DNA of 64,000 bases, from assembly GCF_018350175.1 (NCBI RefSeq), contig NC_058368.1, forward strand, positions 37,388,001 through 37,452,000, in the 5' to 3' direction. Positions 40,171 to 53,238 of this stretch are shown piece after piece (position 1 is the first letter of the stretch; every line of letters begins with the position of its first letter). The notes under the pieces are model-generated. The model was not told the origin of the DNA, ran no database searches, and saw nothing but the letters and a program-made list of their open reading frames with translations. Source of the DNA: Felis catus (lineage: Eukaryota). A program made the translations under genes and the position numbers.

Positions 40171-43081
40171 AAGAGTTGGTATAAATTCCTCTTGTCATGG
40201 TTATGTATACACTTATTTAAGTAAGTATAACCATAATCTTTGACAATTTGCTTCTTAATATATTCTGGATACCATTTTATATCAGTGTAGATACGTTTCA
40301 CTAGTTCCTTTTGATAGATGAATAGCACTATTGCCTGAGTATAGCATTCATTCTATAACCAAATCTTTCATAGTAGATATTTTTTATTTTTTAATGATCT
40401 ATCCAGTGAGGCAGTTACATACTTATAACTACCATAATATCCCCAGAAATTAATTTCTAGATGGAAAATTATTATTCAGGAAAAATAACTTTTACCATTT
40501 TTGAAGATTTCATCAAATATATCTCATTGAATATATTTAGAAATGAACAAGGCTTGAAATCTTTCAATGTCAAGAAGCGACCCCTCTTCTACCCCTTTAT
40601 GTAATCTTCCCTAATATCACCAGAGAGAATTGATCTTTCTACGCTTGTCTTTTTGTTATTGTCGTTTTGCTTACCTACAGCATGCTGTTTATATCTCATA
40701 AGTAACGTGTGTTCTTCACTCAGCATTATAAGAAAAGTAGGATGAACTTGTCTGGTCCAGTCTGTCTCTTTCAACAGCTCACATGTTAAAGACTGTGTAA
40801 ATATCCATTGAATTGACTTCAGCAAGTGAGTGAGTAAAGCCAATAAAAGCATAAAGCGATGGTGGAAAAAATACATACCTTGGGGTAGAGTAAATAGCAT
40901 AATTCTATCCTAATTTGATCACATAAAGATGTTAAAAATCACTCAAATGTGTATTCCATAGGTATAACATTTTACAATTTATATATAAAACTTTCTTGAT
41001 CTCTGAACAAGTAGGCTCCATTGTAAAACTCATGCCATAAAAATAACCAAAATGTCCTGGGTTACTCAAGAAGCGGCATTGATCTTTTGATCGTAATGTG
41101 TTTAAAAGAGAAATAAATTAAGTTATAATTAGACACAAAGATGCCCTTTTACAGAAAACGTATACAGACATTAAGCATTTTCACTGTGAAGTATTTGTGA
41201 AAAAATTGCTTGTGGTAAACATGTTCCACTTAAAGCGGACATTCTCCCTTGATCTCTGTGACTGTGGATTTGATTACAACATGTCTTGATGAAACTAATG
41301 AAAGGTTTAATAAAATCAACTCAGTTGGAAAGTGTAATCCAGAGAAATGGTGTTTGTTTTCTATTATTAAAGCAGGTTGACCAATGTCTACTTTTTTTAG
41401 CCTGGGATGAGATCAGTACAGAGCATTCAAAAGGGCCTCACAGTGAAGCCTTTTGCTTTATGCTAATAAGTATACATCTTATAATTAAAATGAGGAACTT
41501 TTATCATTCCACAAATATTTAATTGTCACACTAAAATCAAAGTCAGCTTTGTTCAATTCCCCACAAGAAACCTTGAGTCATTGAGCCCAAGCTCCAGTTG
41601 AGACAGCAAATTGTTGTTGCCGCTGGATTCAATCACACAATTGTAACAAATCTGAACAAAACTGTGCAGGTTGTCAGGAAAGTTACAGACTAAACAAGCG
41701 TCTCTCTCCATTTTACATATTTTTGTATATTGCTTCTAGTTAAAGTAACATGAGTTACTAAAGGAAAGATGCCTAAAGGTAAAACGTACTATATTTTTGT
41801 ACGGCTTCATTAGATACAACTTCAGATTGTCTGTTCGATCTATAAGATTATGTGAGCCCACCTGTACTTTCCTTTACCTGTGCGTTGCCATTTGCTCTTG
41901 TCCAGGCCTTCCTTATGCATCATAGCTGGAATTTGTAACTTGGATCTCCCCGATATTGCTTTTCCTGTTCTCTAATTTATTGAATATGAAAGTGCCAGTC
42001 TACAGAAGAGAGGGTCATATGTCCATCCTTGATCCTGTCACTGTAGCCATGCTGTGACAAGCTAGCTTTCAGCTACACACTCACCTCTGTGAGTTGAGTC
42101 AACAAATTCCGCAAAACAAAAGACTGTTCTGTAGGGATATTCAAGTACTACTACTGCAAAAAGGGGAATGAATATTAGGTCAAAACAAGAAAAGTGCCAA
42201 CCCCACCCCTTGAGGAATGCTGTAATATTCATGTTTCAGACATATATTTTGTTCATTTTTTCAACTTCTTATATTACGATGAAATATGATTCGTACACTT
42301 AAATGATAAAATGAGTAAATATGAAATTTTTGAGATATATGTTTATATATCTAATACATCTATCTACTCTTGGAACTTCCTTTTTTATTGAATCACATAC
42401 TTATGGTTGGATTGATTATGCATTACATCATAAAGTTATCCATGAAATCCATTGATAGTGTCTAATGATAGAGCACTTTTGATCCTTGGAGTACAAAGAA
42501 CAAAACTATATATTATTTGAAATTTAAATAGCACTTGACATTTCATCTCTGTTTTAGCGTCTTTAATTAGATATTTTCTGCCTAACAGCACAATTTTGAT
42601 CAAAACAATATACTTTTAAAGATTAAAGTTATAGGAAGTTTGCTATCTTTCTTAAAACAATATTAAATATATTACTAAGACTTTATACAATAAGTTAATT
42701 TGTATGAAGTGCTTTACAAAGAACTTTCTCTCTCTCGCTCTCTTTTTTTTTCTCATTTAGTACTTGTAATTACCCTGAGGGGATGCAAATGACATTTCTA
42801 AATGCAGTTTTTGAAAAGCCATATCTAGGATGCTTAAAATTGTGGTTGAGGAAATAAACTAAATAAGGCATGAGGCTCTGACTCAATAGCCCAAATTGTT
42901 CACAAAGAATTCTTGAAATATTAAGGTTTTTTTAACTAATTTCAATTATAGAATAGCACAGTAGAGAAGCATTGAAGACTCTACCACAAACTTCACTTCT
43001 AGAAAGTAATTCAAAGTCAGTCTACTTTGAGAACTTCATGATTCTCAACTTTGAATCATTTCATTAAAAATACTTTTAACA

Positions 43082-43239
43082 GGGCGCCTGGGTGGCTCAG
43101 TTGGTTGAGCTTCCGATTTTGGCTCAGGTCATGATCTGGCGGTTGAGCCCCTTGTCAGGCTCTGTGCTGACAGCTCAGAGCCAGGAGCCTGCTTCGGATT
43201 CTGTGTCTCCCTTTCCCTCTGCCTCTGCCCCATTTGTGC

Positions 43240-43316
<77 letters not shown>

Positions 43317-43360
43317 TTCTCAGAAATAAATAAAACATTAAAACATTTTAATTAAAAAAA
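43082..43360 (+). mobile_element. CAN-SINE with expanded (CT)n tract (43245-43320)
   Basis: Degenerate TSD taaaaatacttt / taaaaatgcttt. Confidence 0.95.
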
Positions 43361-44399
43361 TAAAAATGCTTTATCAACTCTCTAGCTAATAAGAAAATAA
43401 TACTATTTAAAAAAGACATTGTTTAATATTTTCCTTCAGACTACCAGTAAATTTTTAAAATGTGTCCTATCTCATAAGGAATGCTATTTTTCTTTGAGCA
43501 ATCTATCATACACCTTTTTTTCTTTGAATCAGAGAAGATATTAGGGGATCAAAAAGAATTTATTCATGTGGGTGTTGATAGCCCAGACCATGTGGTCTTC
43601 CTTAAGATTGAGATCAGTCTCAGGAAGTAGTCAAAAGCTCCTCAACACAGGAAAACCATACTAATCATTTTGGAGTTGGGTCAAAGTATATTCAGTAAGA
43701 AAAATACATATTTCTTCCTGTGTGATAACATTTCATAGAATTTTGCGAAAAATCAATGCATTTATAGTGTTTTTTATTCTTCAGAAATTTATATAGAAAA
43801 TAGATACAGCTTTCACCATTTCCCCTCTTCTCATTGGATCAATTTTCTCTCTTCCACATTATTTTTAATGAATTCCGGGCAAAATAACCTTTCCACTAAT
43901 AACTGCTTCAGGTTTGATGTGCCAGAGTTAGAGTTGGAGGATTTCCCCATGAGAAGATACAGCGGATCAGTCTCTGGTAGATGTGGATTCTTGGAGCTGG
44001 GTAGTGGGAGGAAGATGGCAGGCGCCCACGAGGTAGAAAATTAGAGCAAGAGAGCTGCCATCAGGCACACTCCCAACTTCAACACAGAATAGCATCCTTC
44101 CCATCGTCCTCCTACTTCCCACAGAAATACATAATAAAATACAGAATAATAGATGGAATTAACATAGCAATATTTCTTTTCTTTCTGAATCTGCAGCAAA
44201 AAATTTTGAGAAGAAGTGTTATGATTGCCAAGGTTCAGTATTAAAAGCTTTGTTTAAAAGAAAAATAAGCCCTCGACATTAGGGTATTCTACAATTGTTA
44301 ATGAGCTTATATTTTGGGTACAAAACAGTAGTTTACATGGCCTACTAAGCTGTGAAAAGTGTAGTTTTGCTATTTCACTACCATAAAAATAAAAAGTGC

Positions 44400-44790
44400 C
44401 TGACTCAACATCCTTTATCATTTTCAGTGTACCTAAAAAGCTGGATGCCATCACTTACGAGTCTGCAGGCAATGTGGGGATTAGGAAAGGTCTCTTTGAA
44501 AGGAGCAAACATGCGGTTCTTCACCTCACTCTACTGCTCAGAATTGGATGTGAGTTTGAAGGAGTAACGGCCATATTGGACTACAAAGGAAAGGACCAGG
44601 CCTCAAGTGTCACAGCAGAGAAGTGAAAGTAGCTTGTGTCCCTAATGGTTTTGGAGCCGCCTAGCAAGTTATAGATGGCCCAACCACTAGACAGATTTAA
44701 TGGGATAACTAAATAAGCCTTTCTCTTGTTTAGGCCAATTATTTGGGTTTTCTCTTATGTGTAGCCAAACCTAATCTTAATTAATTACCT
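44400..44790 (+). mobile_element. MaLR LTR remnant (MLT1-like)
   Basis: ggatgtgagtttgaaggagtaacggccatattgg...aaataagcctttctcttgtttaggcca...gtagccaaacctaatcttaattaattac. Confidence 0.6.
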
Positions 44791-46552
44791 TTTCTGGAAA
44801 TAGATAGCTACTATTTTTTTTTAAACGTGGCCATGTAGAGGTCCCAAGTGAATCTAAATTAATGATGTGTTTATAATATATCTTTAGTATCTTTCCAATT
44901 ACACGTCTATGAGTGTCTCTAAAACTTGAGTGTTATAAAAAGTTATTTTAATTTTGTTTCATTTTCAGTAACAATTATTTCCATTGCAAACTTGTTTACA
45001 CCACAAATTTGATCTGTAAATAAAAGAGTAACTTAAACAGACATAAATTTCAAGACATGGGCCAAGCCAACTGTCACCAAATCAGAATTAGCAAAAATTG
45101 AGAATCACTAAGATTTTCTGAAATAATTATTTTCCTGTCCTTTCTCTAAAGCAATTTACTGTGGGATGCAGAGTCTACAATTATTTTTCTATATCGCTGA
45201 GTGTGGTGTTGATGAGAATTACTATCAAATAGCTTGGTATGAATGCAAAATCTGCTATTTCTTCCACAGTGCTCTATACAATAGTCAGTGGAATAGATAT
45301 TCTAATGAGGATCAGCACTGCTGGGATTCCAAAAACTAAGTGGGAGGAAATGGATTGGAATCAGTGAGTTTCCACTCGAATTCTTTTTGAGAAATTGCAT
45401 CTTTCTCACTCATAGTAGTTATACTCTTATTTCTAAAAAGATTTAAAATATTGAACAAGAAGCGATGCCCCGGTGGGGAGACAGAAGTGTTGGTAGAATA
45501 CGTCAAGGAACAGGAAACATAAAGCTACTCTTTCTTTAGCGTTCTTCTGACTGCCTGGAACATTTAAGATATTGAAAACTTTTTTTTTCTTTTTTAGCAT
45601 CATTATCTTATTTTCTTTAGTGTAAAAGGCAAGAGAACTTCATTCATTTTGCAGAAATGGCAGTCGCATACAAATTATGTACTTGATTCTAGAAATATTT
45701 AAATATTAAAATAATCTAAAATGTCTGAATTAATTGAGAAAATTGTTTCTCTTTTTCAATACTCAGGTATACAAATTCCAGATTAATACAAGCACAGTTC
45801 TACACCAGACTTCTCTAAAAAGTTAATGACAAAAGGTAATTGAGCATCTTTTATGTGATGTTCTATGTACACAGCAAATAGATTGGGCAATTCTGAAAGT
45901 GAAGAAGATAAAATCAATGCTATAGCACCATATTTAATATGTTTGTTATACTAATTCACATAGAAATCATATGTAATTGAGGAAACAAAGATATTCTCTT
46001 AGTTTTCAAGTTTGCACAGAGAAAGAAAATGGGAAGTAATGGCAAAGTCAGAGCATAATATCTATTTGTATAATATGTCACAAACTTCTTCAAATACATG
46101 ATACTACTTCGTGCAAAAAAGGACTGTTTATATGAGCAGATTTAAAATTTTTTTACTATTATCAAATGTGTCATTGAAATATTTTTTCTAGTAGTATAGA
46201 TATAAGCTAGTAATAAATATACAGATTTATTTATTAGTGACAGTAGGGCCAACAGATGATTATTCCTATAGTTGTGACCACAGAAGCAGAACACTGGTGC
46301 ATAAACAAATGTTTAACACAATCATTTCTTTCTATTCTTCTTTCCAGAATTCAAAAATAATGTGTTTTTATTGAATTCTAACTATCAGAGAACTCAGAGA
46401 TTTATTCTCTAATTTTTCTTAAAATTTTAGCATTTCTTTTGAAGAAGGGATTGAAGGTCCTATGTTGGTTTCTTTCATTAAGGAAGAATGTTTTTCAATC
46501 GTCTTTCACTAAATAAAACGTAGGACCCATGATACAAGCAGGATATAATTTT

Positions 46553-46748
46553 AATTTTTTAATGTTTATTTATTTTTGAGAGAGAGTGAGAGAGGTGTAG
46601 AGAGAGGGGGAGATACAGAATCTGAAGCAGGCCCCAGGCTCTGAGCTATCAGCATAGAGCCTGATGCGGGGCTCGAACCCACCAATCGTGAGATCATGAC
46701 CTGAGTTGAAGTCTGGCGCTTAGCCAAGTGAGCTACCCCAGGTGCCCC
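46553..46748 (-). mobile_element. CAN-SINE
   Basis: Head, CT tract and tail; TSD aattttaa. Confidence 0.94.
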
Positions 46749-46965
46749 AAATTTTAAAAGACGATCATACAAAGCCACAAGATTCAAAATTGATGACTAT
46801 TGGTGGGGGGAGCATTTCCAAGTTTTAGCTTTTATGAATAAAGCTCACATGGACATTCTTGTACTAGCCTTTGGTGATCATTAGCATTCACTTCTTTTGG
46901 GTGTAAGCTAGATAATTTTAAAACAAAATATACAACATATGACACTTAAAAAAGTGCTCCTTTTT

Positions 46966-47118
46966 GGGGTGACTGGCTCAGTCGGTTAAGTGTATGACTC
47001 TTGATTTGGGACCAGGTCTTGATTTTATGGTTCTAACCCCATGTTGGGCTCCTGCTTGGGATTCTCTCTCACTCCCTCTCTCTCTGCTCATGCCCCCTCA
47101 AAAAAAACTAATAAACTT
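46966..47118 (+). mobile_element. CAN-SINE (internally deleted)
   Basis: TSD aaagtgctcctttt / aaagtgctgcttct. Confidence 0.88.
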
Positions 47119-47843
47119 AAAGTGCTGCTTCTTCTGTATCTATGTGCAATACTTCAGGAGGGAGATGCTAAATAGAAAGATACAAAATTTGAGCCTGTTA
47201 ATGATATAGAGAAAAATACTTGAAACTTTAGGTTAAGATGCATGGCAGAGCAATGCTTTAAATTTTAACTACTTGTCTTAAAATCTAAGAATAGAAAATT
47301 ATGTAACTTTCATGGGTAAAGACCTAGAAAAGTAGGCAGAAACTAGTGTCAGGAGCCTGCAGAAAAGAAAGAAGCAGACCTTTGATTTGTGAGGATGATG
47401 GAGGCCAAAAATTTACATGCATGGGAGGGGCCAGAGAGAGATTCACTTCATAGGGACTGAGATGGGGCTCTTTCACCTGTGAAATAAGAGTGAATAAACA
47501 ATTACTGCCAACTCTAAGGAAATACCCTATCTGTAAAGATGCATATCTGTAAAGGATAGAGAAAATAACCCTTTCAGCATCTGAGTTAAGGCTGAGTGTA
47601 TCCTGATTTAGTCTAGGGCAAGAGCCTTGAACCACCAGTTTAAGAACAGTTTCTGGATGGGCAAATAAAGACTCTAGGTAGATTTTCTACAAGCCCACTA
47701 GTGAAGAAGATGAACACACTGAGGAAAAAGTACAAAGACTTCTTATCAAGGTGACCCTAAAACCTAACAAATAAAAGAACATGAGGAAAAATTTTAGCAA
47801 GAAATATTTTTTAAAAATTGATTATCAGATTAAAAACACTCCC

Positions 47844-48067
47844 GGGGCGCCTGGGTGGCGCAGTCGGTTAAGCGTCCGACTTCAGCCAGGTCATGATCTC
47901 GCGGTCTGTGAGTTCGAGCCCCGCGTCAGGCTCTGGGCTGATGGCTCAGAGCCTGGAGCCTGTTTCCGATTCTGTGTCTCCCTCTCTCTCTGCCCCTCTC
48001 CCGTTCATGCTCTGTCTCTCTCTGTCCCAAAAATAAATAAATGTTGAAAAAAAAAAAAAAATTAAAA
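47844..48067 (+). mobile_element. Young felid-specific CAN-SINE (SINEC_Fc type)
   Basis: ggggcgcctgggtggcgcagtcggttaagcgtccgacttcagccaggtca head, many CpGs intact, long A tail, perfect TSD aaaaacactccc. Confidence 0.98.
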
Positions 48068-48291
48068 AAAAACACTCCCAATAAAGTTGTACCAACAGAA
48101 AAATGATACTATATGCAATATATGTATCCCTTTTAAAAAAAAAACACTCTATAAAGAAAAATGTGTAAAAAACAAGGACTTATAAAAATGCCTATATATA
48201 TCAAGAACATAAAGACAAGAAAACTAAACCATTACAGATTGTATGTGTGTATATTTTTTAATGGTAATTGATTTATAAAACTTAATGAATT

Positions 48292-48496
48292 GGGGGGCAC
48301 CTAGGTAGTTCCATGGGTTAAGCATCCAACTTCGGCTCAGGTCATGATCTCACAGTTCATGGGTTCATGCCCCTTGTTGGGCTCTGTGCTGGCAGCTCAG
48401 AGCCTGCTTTGGATTCTGTGTCTCCCTCTCTTTCTATTCCTCCCCCACTCATTCTCTCTCTCTCTCTCTCAAAAATAAAAACTAAACATTAAAAAT
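48292..48496 (+). mobile_element. CAN-SINE (first of a tandem pair)
   Basis: Flanked by aaacttaatgaatt (48278-48291 / 48497-48510). Confidence 0.95.
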
Positions 48497-48510
48497 AAAC
48501 TTAATGAATT

Positions 48511-48755
48511 GGGGTGCCTTGGTAGCTCAGTTGGTTAAATGTCCATGTCTTGATTTTGGCTCAGGACATGATCTCATAGTTTGTGGGTTTGAGCCCCATG
48601 TGGGGCTCTGTGCTGACAGTGCAGAGCCTGCTTGGGATTTTCTCTCTCCCCCCTTCTCTCTGTCCCTCCCCCACTTGCATGCATGCTCTCTCTCGCTCTC
48701 TCTCTCTCTCTTAAAATAAAGAAACTTAAAAAAAAACAAAAATATTTTGGAAAAA
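48511..48755 (+). mobile_element. CAN-SINE (second of a tandem pair)
   Basis: Flanked by aaacttaatgaatt (48497-48510 / 48756-48769). Confidence 0.95.
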
Positions 48756-49060
48756 AAACTTAATGAATTAATATGTGGTGCATTTTCTATTGAACAGACT
48801 AAATAAAACAATAGTGACTAAGGTGTTATTATTGAATATTTGATGACAAAAGCAAAACTGAGATAAACACATGAAGAATATGAAGACAACAAGCTGAAAT
48901 CAAGAGGCCTCAAGTGGTTCTAAAGCACATTTTATAAATAATGATAAAAGAAAAAAGCAATAATCAAACATACAATCATTATGAGCTTTCTAGTACTGGA
49001 AAATTGCAGTATTTGTGTTGAGAGTGCAGCAAGTACCAAGTGGTATAAAAAAAATGAAGT

Positions 49061-50935
49061 CACAGAAATCGGTTGTATTCCTATACACCAATAATGACGC
49101 AACAGAGACATCAAGGAATCGATCCCATTTACAAAAAAAAAAAAACATAAAATACCTAGGAATAAATCTAACCTAAGAGGAGAAAAATCTATACACTGAA
49201 AACTATAGAGAGCTTATGAAAGAAATTGAATAAGACGCAAAAATATCCCATGCTCCTGGATAGGAAGAACAAATATTGTTAAAATGTCAATACTACCCAA
49301 AGCAATCTACATATTCAGTGCAATCCCTATCAAAAATAACACTGGTATTCTTCACAGAGATAGAACAAACAATCCTAAAATTTGTGTGGAACCAGAAAAG
49401 ACCCAAATAGCCAAAGCAATCTTGAAAAAGAAAACCCGAGCTGGAGGCATCACAATCCCAGACTTCAAGCTGTATTACAAAGGTGTAATCGTCAAGACAG
49501 TATGGTACTGGCACCAGAATAGACACTCAGATCAATGGAACAGAATAGAGATCCCAGAAATGGACCCACAAACCTATGGCCAACTAATATTTGACAAAAC
49601 AGGAAAGAATATCCAAAGGAATAAAGACAGTCTCTTTAGCAAGTGGTGCTGGGAAGACTGGACAGCGACATGCAGAAAAATTAACCTGGACCACTTTCTT
49701 ACACCATACACGAAACTCAAAATGGATGAAAGACCTCAATGTAAGACAGGAAGCCATCAAAATCCTCGAGGAGAAAGCAGGCAAAAACATCTTTGACCTG
49801 GGCCACAGCAACTTCTTACTCAACACATCTCCGGAGGCAAGGGAAACAAAAGCAAAAAAGAACTATTGAGACCTCATCAAAATAAAAAGCTTCTGCACAT
49901 CGAAGGAAACAATCAACAAAACTAAAAGGCAACAGACAGAATGGGATAAGATATTTGCAAATGACATATCAGAGGAAGGGTTAGTATCCAAAATCTATAA
50001 AGAAGTTATCAAATTCAACACCCAAAAAACAAATAATCCAGTGAAGAAATGGCTAAAAGACATGACTAGACACTTCTCCAAAGAAGATATCCAGATGGCC
50101 AACCGACACATGAAAAAATGCTCAACATCACTCATCATCAAGGAAATATAAATCAGAACCACAATGAGATAGCACCTCACACCTGTCTTAATGGCTAACA
50201 TTAACAACTCAGGCAACAACAGATGTTGGCGAGGATGCAGAGAAAGAGGATGTCTTTTGCACTGCTGGTGGGAATGCAAGCTGGTGCAGCCACTCTGGAA
50301 AACAGTGTGGAGGTTCCTCAAAAAATTAAAAATAAAACTACCCTAAGACTCAGCAATTCACTACTAGGTATTTTTCTAAGGGATACAGGGATGCTGTTTT
50401 GAAGGGGCACATGCACACCAATGTTTCTAGCAGCACTACCAACAACAGCCAAAGTATAGACAGAGGCCAAATGCCCATCAATGGATTAATGGATAAAGAA
50501 GATGTGGGATATATATATATATATATATACATATACATACACACACACACACACATACACATACAATGGAGTATTGCTCAGCAATCAAAAAGAATGAAAT
50601 CTTGCCATTTGCAAGTATGTGGATGGAATTAGAGGGTATTATGCTAAGAGTAATTAGAGAAAGACAAATATCGTATGACTTCATTCATATGTGGACTTTA
50701 AGACACAGAAGAGCTGAACACAAGGGAAGGGAAGCAAAAATAATATAAAAACAGAGAGGGGGACAAAACATAAGAGACTCTTAAATATGGAGAACAAACA
50801 GAGGGTTGCTGGAGGGGTCGTGGGAGGGGGGATGGGCTAAATGGGTAAAGGGCATTAAGGAATCTACTGAAATCATTGTTGCACTATATGCTAACTAACT
50901 TGGATGTAAATTTTTAAAAAATAAATAAAAATAAT
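49061..50935 (+). mobile_element. 5'-truncated felid LINE-1 (about 1.9 kb): disrupted ORF2 C-terminus plus 3'UTR
   Basis: ORF 49284-49796 gives MSILPKAIY...[14 protein letters not shown]...KTVWYWH...LIFDK...[11 protein letters not shown], diagnostic of L1 ORF2p; frameshifts and stops; G-rich 3'UTR and A tail. Confidence 0.98.
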
Positions 50936-51044
50936 AAAGTATACTCTTAGAAACAGCTAAATTAAAAAACAAAATGCAGAGGGAATAAAAGGCAAACGAA
51001 ACAAATTTCGTGTTTGATTTACTTCGTCATGTCGTCAACAAATG

Positions 51045-51284
51045 GATAAAGATTCTTTTGCCATCCAGGTGAACAAAGTCCCCAAGATGGGGTGCAGAAT
51101 TTACAAGTTCATAGTTGGATTAACTCATGCAGGAGGGCTCTGTCCCCCATTGAGACAATCCTTACTGAAAAACAGCAGATTGTTCCTAATCCAGAAGAGG
51201 AGGTTGCACAGAAGGATATCCCAGAAAAAAAAAAAAACTGAAGAAACAAAAACTTAAAAGTAAAAGCAGAAAATAAAAGAAAAA
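51045..51284 (+). pseudogene. RPL17: Processed pseudogene fragment of 60S ribosomal protein L17 (uL22), C-terminal part
   Basis: With frameshifts it reads [67 protein letters not shown], versus RPL17 [73 protein letters not shown] (from memory). No introns; A-rich tail at 51256-51284. Confidence 0.93.
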
Positions 51285-53190
51285 CACCCACACAAACTGG
51301 AGGGTGATTGGATATCTGTCAATACCTGGTAAATGTTAAAAATGTTTACCTTTTATCCTCAGTTACTTCGTTTAATCTTCTTTCCCAAGGGGTATAGTCC
51401 AACTAAAGTGCATTAAACATCTGGGGTAAGATTTGTAGAATCGGATGAAATACGTTTTTCTATTTCTTAATTGGTAGCCGAACAGACAATGTTGTTAACT
51501 TAATACTCTGTCACTTAAAATGCTTCTTTCCTGTTACAATATATTAAAGATGTTTTTCTGAAAATAAATATCAACAGATGTATTATATTCCAATAAAGTG
51601 TTATGCCATCATTTATTTTACCAGCTACTTGTGTTTGGACATTAGATTTGTTTAATTTTATTATTGCTAAAATTGCTGGGTAAACAAGCCTCAGAATTAA
51701 CTCTCATCACATAATTGTGATGATTTAATAATAATGGATTCATAGAGGAATGATGAATAATAATTTGTGAATAATTAAGTAGAAGAAAATGGGAAGTAGG
51801 ATTATAACCTATTATAAAAAACCTGATCATAATAGTAACTTATTTCAAGTTGAGTAAAGAAACAAGACCAATCGAGAAGTATGTATCTGACTAGTGCTTA
51901 GCATAAATGTGAGTGCATAATATGAACAACTAAAAAATTAAGAAATATCTATATAAGTATATTATCATTTAGAAATATGGAAATATATACTAGGGGGAGA
52001 AACTTAAAATAATGGAAAAAATCTGCCTCTGAGGTGTGGGAATCAGGAGTGAAAAGTGTTGGAACTGAGAAGCTCCATTTTTCTTACAGGCCTTTCAACC
52101 AGCCTTTTGAACTTAATTTGTTCCTTAATTAAGTAAAATTAAAATCAAATAAAAAGTGGAACCATGTAATAGGGAGTCATACATTTTAGAATGCCCTGTT
52201 CTCCTAGAGCACGTAGAAAATATTCTAGAAATTAAAATGGGTTATGTTCTTGATATACCAGAGAGACAAGGAAGTAATATCAGTACATTCGTCTTCTATT
52301 GTCGGTTGGATTCTTGAATAAGATTGCAAATTTATATTCAACTTATAGTGTTTGGTTTTTGTCTTGGAGTCTACTGAAAATAAGTTAAAACTTCACTTTA
52401 TAATTATGATTATGAGAAATATATTTTTTATTATATTCTAAACAATAAAGTTTGGCATGGACACTTTAAGTTCTTCCTTTTCAATAGCATCTCTCTCTCT
52501 CTCAGTCTCTCTCACACACTCACATAAGCACACATACACATGCACACCCACACCCTCACCACCTCATGTCTTCTGGTTTTGTTATTTATATGTTGTGATA
52601 TAGTATAACATCAAAATTACTCTAGTATTAAAGAGAATGTTGTTCTTAGAGAATCAACCAGATGACAAAATAGATCAACAATGGTATTATTTTTGCTGAT
52701 TTAAGATCATGCAAAAAATTCTAAGTGTCCTTTGTTTTAAAAATGCACTGAAATATTTATGCCTGAGTGTATTATATTAGTGGCCATGACTAAAAAGATC
52801 TTGAGATATTAAAAACCTGACTCTTGCCTTGTACCCACCTGCCCTACAACACTCAAATATGCAAGACTGTGTTTCCTATTGCTTCTTGACTCCAAGTCCT
52901 ACTTTTATTTTTCAAAGTTTTCCTGTAGTGCTCTAATATCTGATTATTATTCAATATAGACACCTAAAGAAATATGTTTTAAAATGTGCATTTTTTAAAC
53001 TTACATTTTGAACTTTTTATGCTAATATGATTAATCTAATCTCTATCCCAAGTGAGAAAGCAACAATAACCTTCTAAAGTGCAAAATACTTTAGGAAAAT
53101 TCTTGATTATCTTTCTGCTATTCAGCTGAATTTTCATTTAAAGGATACAGCATTAGAAATCTATGATTTATTCAAACTTCAGTTAAGTTG

Positions 53191-53196
<6 letters not shown>

Positions 53197-53232
<36 letters not shown>
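53197..53232. repeat. (TA)n microsatellite
   Basis: Seen directly. Confidence 0.97.

Positions 53233-53238
<6 letters not shown>

Noticed and set aside
40589..40900. 103-aa minus ORF
   Set aside because: Overlaps what looks like a decayed L2 3' end; no known protein similarity.
43990..44060. Promoter or CTCF/YY1 site (gaagatggcaggcgcccacgagg)
   Set aside because: Only partial motif matches, no CpG island; could be an ancient L1 5' remnant.
49284..49796. Longest ORF (170 aa) as a host gene
   Set aside because: It is a frameshifted L1 ORF2p fragment in a 5'-truncated element.
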